Made by a program: the position numbers and the translations under genes. From an uncultured euryarchaeote (GTDB lineage: Archaea; Thermoplasmatota; Poseidoniia; Poseidoniales; Poseidoniaceae), in assembly GCA_937897005.1 (NCBI GenBank), contig CALCOQ010000255.1, forward strand, positions 1-37,888: a stretch of 37,888 bases of DNA. The letters are read 5' to 3'. Positions 31,632 through 37,888 of the stretch are shown here, piece by piece. The notes beneath the pieces were generated by a model. It had not been told where the DNA came from and did no database searches. It was given only the letters and a program-made list of their open reading frames with translations. The first letter of the stretch is position 1, and every line of letters starts with the position of its first letter.

Positions 31632-32678
31632 TCAAACCATGTTCAATGGGAGATTGAGTTGCACTTTGTGCAACCATCCAAATGGGTCTTGAGCCAACTC
31701 GGTCTGTACTCCAGTCAAAGCATTATACAGTTCTCTTGTTATCGGAGCCACATTACCATCCATGTAGACCTTCTTCTCCTCTTCATGGGTGATGGAACCT
31801 ATCGGGGAGATGACTGCTGCCGTCCCGCAGCAGAATGCCTCATCAGACTGCATGGCAAATTCCGCGCTGACCTTGGTCTCTGTTACTTCATATCCACGAT
31901 GTCTGGCCAATTGAATGATTGAATCGCGGGTGATTCCAGGCAGGATGGTTCCTGTCAACTCTGGAGTATACAGATGCTTGTCCTTGACACAGAAGAAATT
32001 GGCAGCACCAACCTCTTCAATATTCAAATGCTCAACAGCATCAAGATAGATGACCTCAGCATATCCATTCTTCTTTGCATTCTTGGAAGGCATCATCCCC
32101 GGAGCATAATTGCCTATTGCTTTGACACCGCCTGAGCCACCGGGGGCTGCTCTATGGAACTCATCAGAGATCACTAATTCAATGCTCGTCAATCCGCCCT
32201 TGAAATAGGGCCCAACAGGGGTCACGAATACGCAGAAGGTGTAGGAAGGTGATGGTGCAACACCCATTATCGGACCAGTCCCCCAAAGTACCGGTCGTAC
32301 ATACAATGCCCCTCTACCTGATGGTGGGATGAAATGAGAATTGGCCGCGACCACCTGTTCAACAGCATCGATGAACATTGATTCTGGGACTGGCGGCATT
32401 CCAAGACGTGCAGCTCCTCTCTGGAAACGACGGGCATTCTCATCCGGTCTGAACAGAACCACATTGTTCTGGACGGTGCGGTGTGCTTTCATCCCCTCGA
32501 ATATTCCCTGTCCATAATTGAGAACACCTGCTGCCGGATCAATCTCAAGATTACCATATCTTCTCATCTCACCAGGATGCCAAGGCTGTCCAAGTTCGCA
32601 TTCTGCGACATACATGTAATCGGTCTGAGTCAAAGAAAAAGTCAGTGAATCCCAATCGATGTCGGCCGCGCCTTCCAT
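31632..32678 (-). CDS. ilvE: branched-chain amino acid aminotransferase (fold type IV)
   Basis: Motifs are GIFEGMKAH, RFQRGAARLGMP, YVRPVLWGTGP, EEVGAANFFCV and LTGTILPGITRDSI. I chose the Met at 32678 (MEGAADIDWDSLTF); the track ORF extends to 32801. Confidence 0.85.
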   Translation of the reverse strand: MEGAADIDWDSLTFSLTQTDYMYVAECELGQPWHPGEMRRYGNLEIDPAAGVLNYGQGIFEGMKAHRTVQNNVVLFRPDENARRFQRGAARLGMPPVPESMFIDAVEQVVAANSHFIPPSGRGALYVRPVLWGTGPIMGVAPSPSYTFCVFVTPVGPYFKGGLTSIELVISDEFHRAAPGGSGGVKAIGNYAPGMMPSKNAKKNGYAEVIYLDAVEHLNIEEVGAANFFCVKDKHLYTPELTGTILPGITRDSIIQLARHRGYEVTETKVSAEFAMQSDEAFCCGTAAVISPIGSITHEEEKKVYMDGNVAPITRELYNALTGVQTELAQDPFGWLHKVQLNLPLNMV

Positions 32679-32833
32679 CCTGACTCCCCCTATGACGCAA
32701 CCGCCCAAAGGCCAACTGCGACTGTCCATGAGCCTCGGGCTTTCAATGCTTGCTTCTACTTCATCAGACCCCAATATTGAGCCTCGATTGCCAAGGTTCA
32801 TGTTTCATCGACACTCAACATCACTCGGTGGAC

Positions 32834-35473
32834 ATGGCTGATTGGAGCGGTGATATCGCAATTCTGAGTGTGCGATGGCCCGAACATCAGAATATTGATT
32901 CTCCAAGCACAGTAATAGAGATATGTGGCCGTTCCCGAAATGGGCTTTCAGTCATTGCATTTATCAGTGGCTTTACACCAAGTATCGAGATATCTATACC
33001 AGGAATCTGCAAGAACGCGAATGATCTGCCCAACGATATTGAACACCGTCTTGAATCAGTGAAGAACATGGATGGTGTTGTCGTTGTGCAAGAGCCCGTC
33101 ATCAAATGGACCGACCTTGGAGAAAAGAAACATTGGCGGATTGCGATTGAACAACCATCCATGGTTTATAGATTGAGAAAGAAATTGAAAGAACGATGGA
33201 CTTTGAGCAGTGCTGACATCCCATTCGGAAATCGATTGTTTCTCGATATGGACATTGGGCCTCACATTCACATCTCAGGTGAATTGCTGCATTCTGTAGA
33301 ACAACCTGGAGATGCAGATGCCATCAGAAAAAGAGGAGGAACGGGCGTATACCCTGTTGATATCATCATCTCAACCGATAAGAATGGAATCACCACCATC
33401 GAACCCTTCCAGGCTCCATGGGTGCTGTTCTCATTCGACCTTGAGACAAGTATCGAGAACGATTCCATCCTCTGTGCAGCTGCTACTCTGGAAACATTGG
33501 CCCCGGATATGGATGAACCGGTGCAAGAGGTCCACACATTCGTTGGTGAAGAAGAATCGATAATGCGTGAATTGACACAACTGGTCCGAGACCGCGACCC
33601 AGATATCATCACCGGATACAATATCGATAATTTCGACCTTCCTCGAATCAACAACAGGATGGATGCACACTGTCGTGCAAAAGATATTGAGAAGAAAATG
33701 AAGTTATTTGGGTGGGGGAGAGTACCCGCGAATTCAGAAGAATGCAATCGTAATAGACAGGGGCTCTTGCCAAAACGCGCATCGACTCGAGCCTGGACCC
33801 TCGGGGGCAGGGTGGTGATGGATGCATGGTGGCAGGCGCGCAGTGTCCTACGTCCGCGCCGTGAAACGCTGAAATTCGTCTCAGAACTATTGTTTCCTGA
33901 TGATGAAGAATTGCGTAAAATGGATGTTGACGCTTCAAAGATGGACGAAGAATGGGCTGCAAGACCTGAAGTGGTTCTTGAGTACTGTGCTCGAGACTCG
34001 ACTTTACCACTACAGATACTGCGCAAGATCCAAGCGACCAGACGTAAGGAAGCAATCGCCGCTGTGGCCAAGGTGCCATTCGAAACTGCTGCCAATGGCA
34101 CTACCAGTCAATTGCTTGACAGTCTGGTCATCAGATTGGCTGAAACAAGAAACGTCGCTGTACCGATGACCGGAAGTGCTGCAAAGAAAGAAGGTCAAAT
34201 CACTGGAGGATACGTCCATGATGTGGAGGCTGGAATGCATCCATGGATCGCAGTGCTTGATTTCAAATCGATGTATCCCTCGATAATGATAGGCAACAAT
34301 ATCTGTCACACGACCAGAATTGATCCATCTCACCCCATACAACCTGCTGAAGGTGAATTGGTGCACATATCTCCAACCGGAGCACGATTCCGCAACAAAG
34401 AGGAGAGAGAAGGATTGGTCCCTTTCCTCCTGCAGGACCTGATGTCACAAAGAGACCTGCACAAAACAGCGATGAAACAGGCAAATGCTGATGGTGATGC
34501 ATCGGGGTTTGCATTCCATGACCAGATGCAATATGCTGTCAAGATCATGATGAATTCTTTCTACGGGGTCTTCGCTTCTGGATTCTACAGGTTCACTCAC
34601 CGAGACCTAGGTTCATCGATCACAGCATGGGCGAGACGCAACATAAAGGGAATCATACAGCGGTTGGAAGATGAAGGACACCACGTGGTATATTCAGATA
34701 CTGACTCTATTTTCGTCAGAATTCCAGTAGATGCTGATAGCCCTACCGCGCCTCCTGAAAAGGGAAGTGAAGATGAAAAGAAATGGACGGCAGCAATGGA
34801 GGAGATGTTGCGCTTCGGTGAAGAAACTGCTGAACGTTTCAGTGAAGAATCTGCGGTACTTGAATTCGAGACCGGGCTTTCAGCATTCTTCTCACATGGA
34901 GCCAAGAAACGATACGTTGGGAGAGTGGTCTGGCCCAGTGATGACCTGATGATCAAAGGATATGAGACTCAAAGGACTGATTCCTTTGAAGTATTGACAA
35001 AAGGGATGCAGAGAATGTTTGAATTGGTTCTGGATGGAGACGAAAAGGCTGCAATAAAACTGGCAAGAGAACAGATTGAGAAAGTAAGGAATGCCGAGGT
35101 AGTAGCAGAAGAATTGGTCATCTCCAAGCTGTGCAAAGGAGAATTCAGAAAGGACGGGAGTATAGATTTCAGCAAACATTACGCTAACCCGAATGGACAG
35201 GCACAGGTTCAGGCTGCTGGCAAACGTATCGAAAGAAATCTTCCTTTCACGCCAGGGATGAAGATTGGATTCGTGGTCACGAATGCGAGAAAACGTCCTA
35301 TGGTGGTGGAACCTTGGAATGAAGCAGAAGAAGATGGAGGCATCGAAGAATATGATGCTGTATTCTATGCTGAAAGACTTGCAACCGCCTTCGGAAGAGT
35401 ATGCGAGGCCTTTGGATGGAGTGCTGATGAATTGATGAAAGGTAATCGTCAATCATCACTTTTCTCATTTTGA
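32834..35473 (+). CDS. polB: family-B DNA polymerase
   Basis: Exo I is FSFDLETS, Exo II is GYNIDNFDLPRI and Exo III is YCARDSTL. Pol motif A is VLDFKSMYPSIMI, motif B is KIMMNSFYGVF and motif C is VVYSDTDSIFV. The C-terminus is QSSLFSF. Start is the ATG at 32834. Confidence 0.9.
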   Translation: MADWSGDIAILSVRWPEHQNIDSPSTVIEICGRSRNGLSVIAFISGFTPSIEISIPGICKNANDLPNDIEHRLESVKNMDGVVVVQEPVIKWTDLGEKKHWRIAIEQPSMVYRLRKKLKERWTLSSADIPFGNRLFLDMDIGPHIHISGELLHSVEQPGDADAIRKRGGTGVYPVDIIISTDKNGITTIEPFQAPWVLFSFDLETSIENDSILCAAATLETLAPDMDEPVQEVHTFVGEEESIMRELTQLVRDRDPDIITGYNIDNFDLPRINNRMDAHCRAKDIEKKMKLFGWGRVPANSEECNRNRQGLLPKRASTRAWTLGGRVVMDAWWQARSVLRPRRETLKFVSELLFPDDEELRKMDVDASKMDEEWAARPEVVLEYCARDSTLPLQILRKIQATRRKEAIAAVAKVPFETAANGTTSQLLDSLVIRLAETRNVAVPMTGSAAKKEGQITGGYVHDVEAGMHPWIAVLDFKSMYPSIMIGNNICHTTRIDPSHPIQPAEGELVHISPTGARFRNKEEREGLVPFLLQDLMSQRDLHKTAMKQANADGDASGFAFHDQMQYAVKIMMNSFYGVFASGFYRFTHRDLGSSITAWARRNIKGIIQRLEDEGHHVVYSDTDSIFVRIPVDADSPTAPPEKGSEDEKKWTAAMEEMLRFGEETAERFSEESAVLEFETGLSAFFSHGAKKRYVGRVVWPSDDLMIKGYETQRTDSFEVLTKGMQRMFELVLDGDEKAAIKLAREQIEKVRNAEVVAEELVISKLCKGEFRKDGSIDFSKHYANPNGQAQVQAAGKRIERNLPFTPGMKIGFVVTNARKRPMVVEPWNEAEEDGGIEEYDAVFYAERLATAFGRVCEAFGWSADELMKGNRQSSLFSF

Positions 35474-35516
35474 CAAGATTGTAAAGAACCAAAGCACTGC
35501 ACACTATCCGAAATAC

Positions 35517-37031
35517 ATGGTCGGTGAATTATCTCCTGATGGTCAGTTAATGTGGGATGGAAATCAATGGGTTCCAAATCAAGGCCCAGGAGTGCAGGAT
35601 GTGGCAAACATGGCCAACACACAGGTCGGGGTTACACAACAGCCAGCGATGGAGCAACCAGTGATGGGACAGCCAGCGTCAGGACAGCCAATGATGCAAC
35701 AAGGTGGAATCGATCCAATGACCGGTGGAATCGCTGGAGACCCTGCTGCAGGAATGTGGGCACCAGATGGTTCAGCAATGAGTGGAGGGGGCAAAGGCAA
35801 ATTGTTCGCCATAGCCTTGATTGGAATCGTTCTCACTTCAGGCGTTGGTTGGGGAACATATGAATTCGTGATCGACCCGATGCTCGATCCAGACCCTTAC
35901 AGCAGAGAGCAATTCGTTGAACACGCTCTTGCTCAACCAACGATGGAGGAAGTGATGGGGGGAGAAGTGAAGGCATGGTCATGTGAAGTGGATTTAAGCC
36001 TCTCAGAGGTTGAAGACGAACTCTTGGGCTCTTTCAGCGTTGATATGAAAACCAAATTGTATGCCAGTGAAACTGCAGCAAGAGCTGACCTCGATATGAC
36101 CATCAGAACTGAATCTCTTCCACTTCCCGTGAAGATGGATGTCTGGTTGAGTGAAAGTGAAATGGCTGTGAATATGATGGGGGAGGCGAGTGTTACAACA
36201 TTCAACTCATTGGGAGGTGAACCTGCGACACTACTGTTCGCAGATGATGAAGCGATGTTCGCTGAGACCATTCCATTCTGTTTCCTGAATCATGAAATCG
36301 CTGAGGCGGTCAGTGAAGATTCAGGCATTTCATTCTTCTCGGAAGCTGAACGTTTTCCTGACGAAGATGGGGAAAGGGCTGTAAGAGTCGATGTGGAATA
36401 CGAATTAGATGGAGAAGAACTTTCCATCTCGATGTATTTTGATGAAGATGACCAATTGATTGGTGGCAAAGCATCTAATTCCAGTGGAATGAGTCTGTTG
36501 ATGAAGTTGGATAACGGTGCAGTCTCTGAACCATCTTGGTTGTCTGGAGCAGATGACAGTCCGATGCCACTGGAACTGGAGGAAGGCATCTGGAGCAACT
36601 ACAGCCATCGTAACTATTCCGTGAAAACACAATACAATACAACATTCGAAATGACTGGGGTTGATATCGTACTCTATTCAGAAGTATATGATGAGGAAGA
36701 GATGGAAGATATTCTAGTGACAGACCACAACATCGGCTCCTTGACCAATATTTTAACCCAAAATGCCACACTACAGATCACTGACGAATATGGATCTTCA
36801 AATTGTACCTTCAATTATACGGACAACGAGCCGTTGAATCTGATTTCAACAGGAGATGAAATTGAAATGGATTGTGAAGGAGATGCCGAATTATATGAGC
36901 TTGAACTTGGCTTGTCTTCTGTACTTGGAATTGCACAGCCTATGGAGATGGAACTGTCGTGGATCTCCCCTGTGTTAACGCTCATCTCCGTTCTTGGAGC
37001 GGCCCTTGTATTGGTCAAAAGACATCACTGA
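35517..37031 (+). CDS. hypothetical membrane-anchored acidic surface protein
   Basis: N-terminal SPDGQLMWDGNQWVP motif, a Gln/Met/Pro-rich linker, a TM (LFAIALIGIVLTSGVGWG), a ~370-aa acidic ectodomain and a C-terminal TM with basic end (ISPVLTLISVLGAALVLVKRHH). Confidence 0.55.
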   Translation: MVGELSPDGQLMWDGNQWVPNQGPGVQDVANMANTQVGVTQQPAMEQPVMGQPASGQPMMQQGGIDPMTGGIAGDPAAGMWAPDGSAMSGGGKGKLFAIALIGIVLTSGVGWGTYEFVIDPMLDPDPYSREQFVEHALAQPTMEEVMGGEVKAWSCEVDLSLSEVEDELLGSFSVDMKTKLYASETAARADLDMTIRTESLPLPVKMDVWLSESEMAVNMMGEASVTTFNSLGGEPATLLFADDEAMFAETIPFCFLNHEIAEAVSEDSGISFFSEAERFPDEDGERAVRVDVEYELDGEELSISMYFDEDDQLIGGKASNSSGMSLLMKLDNGAVSEPSWLSGADDSPMPLELEEGIWSNYSHRNYSVKTQYNTTFEMTGVDIVLYSEVYDEEEMEDILVTDHNIGSLTNILTQNATLQITDEYGSSNCTFNYTDNEPLNLISTGDEIEMDCEGDAELYELELGLSSVLGIAQPMEMELSWISPVLTLISVLGAALVLVKRHH

Positions 37032-37094
37032 TTCACTGATTCTTACTCTTTTTAGCGAATCCTTGATGGCTGGCGGATTCCCGAGAAGATAGTG

Positions 37095-37888
37095 ATGAAG
37101 CCTGTTTCCAGCCTTGCTACGATTCTGCTGGCGCTGCTGTTCATCGCATCATCGATGGCTGGATGTATCTTTGAAAGTGATGATGCAGAGCCTGATTCCA
37201 ATCTTGAAGCAATATTTGATTGGACACCAAAAACGTCCATTCAAGCAACAACCACTCAGGTTTCCTTCAATGGTAATGCCTCAATTCCAAATGATGGTTC
37301 TCTAACATATAGGTGGGACTTCAATGGAGATGGAGATATCGATGCCTCTGGAGACAAAGTTTTGAACATCTATGCTAATCCTGGAACATTCGAAGTCATT
37401 CTGACGGTCACCGACGGATTCAGCGAACATAGCAAGAGTAAGGAAATCATCATCATTCCAAAAGATGCTGTGAAACCTGTTGCAAACAGCGGTTCCTTGA
37501 ATCCTGATTCCGATTGTGACGGTGATGAAGCGCCTTCTGGAACCGTCCAAGGCGACGAATTCTATTTGATATACATCTGTGAGCCGGACAAGGATGCTGG
37601 AGATCGAACGACCAGAGTGACCACAAGTGTGACTCTAGATGGAAGTGGGAGCGACCCCGGTAGCACCAATCATTACATCACCAGCTGGAGCTGGGATTTG
37701 AACATCGATTTTGACAGCGACGGAAATGGCGTTGAAGATGATGATGAAGATGAGACAGGAGATGTCGTTGAATTGTCTGACCTGCCGATTGGTGAATCGC
37801 ATATCTCACTCTTGGTGACCAACAATGAGGGGCACACCGATTCAATGAGTGCATGGGTATTCGTTCATTACAAGGGCGAGTGGGATGA
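37095..37888 (+). CDS. PKD-repeat lipobox-type surface protein, 3' end cut by the window edge
   Basis: This ORF is not in the supplied track because it has no stop. My hand translation from the ATG at 37095 stays open to the window end. It begins MKPVSSLATILLALLFIASSMAGC and carries PKD-like motifs (VSFNGNASIPNDGSLTYRWDFNGDGDID...GTFEVILTVTDG; TLDGSGSDPGSTNHYITSWSWDLNIDFDSDGNG). Confidence 0.75.
   Translation, partial: MKPVSSLATILLALLFIASSMAGCIFESDDAEPDSNLEAIFDWTPKTSIQATTTQVSFNGNASIPNDGSLTYRWDFNGDGDIDASGDKVLNIYANPGTFEVILTVTDGFSEHSKSKEIIIIPKDAVKPVANSGSLNPDSDCDGDEAPSGTVQGDEFYLIYICEPDKDAGDRTTRVTTSVTLDGSGSDPGSTNHYITSWSWDLNIDFDSDGNGVEDDDEDETGDVVELSDLPIGESHISLLVTNNEGHTDSMSAWVFVHYKGEWD

Noticed and set aside
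33268-34101. A 277-aa ORF on the minus strand inside polB, with further antisense ORFs at 33648-34079 and 34892-35452
   Set aside because: They lie entirely antisense to a gene with unmistakable family-B polymerase motifs. Their products are Ser/Arg/Leu-rich low-complexity sequences with no motif. These are typical shadow ORFs.
29970-35473. Whether the Cas4-like gene plus the nearby PolB mark a casposon or a CRISPR-Cas locus
   Set aside because: There is no cas1, cas2, CRISPR repeat array or terminal inverted repeats visible. Housekeeping genes (ACT protein, ilvE) lie between the two. PolB has a replicative motif set and a PIP-like C-terminus. The nuclease is best treated as a stand-alone Cas4-family protein.

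Overview
The window reads as a gene-dense chromosomal segment of about 38 protein genes and one tRNA. It looks like an aerobic marine planktonic archaeon. I infer something like a Marine Group II / Poseidoniales euryarchaeote, but I could run no database search. The archaeal call rests on information-processing markers: ribosomal protein S8e, SRP19, Sec61-beta, a Tma20-like PUA protein, a family-B DNA polymerase, an XerA-like recombinase and an Lrp regulator. These sit next to bacterial-looking metabolic genes: fused RibD, RimK, a YegS-type lipid kinase, and a heme-copper oxidase operon coxB-coxA-coxC-coxD-sco1. There are also many acidic secreted or membrane proteins, with PKD repeats, lipobox-like signals and C-terminal anchors. 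I saw no rRNA, CRISPR array, transposase or obvious prophage.

The main candidates for something undescribed are:
1. A protein (30012-31199) with the full Cas4/DUF83 motif set and Fe-S cysteines, whose nuclease core is interrupted by four predicted transmembrane helices.
2. A tightly linked gene pair. The first gene (24144-26288) encodes a membrane protein with a cytosolic SAP/HeH DNA-binding motif. The second (26298-26687) encodes a small acidic protein whose N-terminus mimics the ParB LGRGLxxLL peptide.
3. A terminal oxidase with several unusual additions: an extracytoplasmic domain fused to CoxA, an insertion in the CoxB cupredoxin domain, and His/Asp-rich loops in CoxC and SCO1.
4. A histone-H1-like Lys/Ala-repeat protein (19595-20194).
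5. A RimK ligase fused to an RCK_C-like domain.

All functional calls come from reading motifs by eye and need profile or structure searches to confirm.
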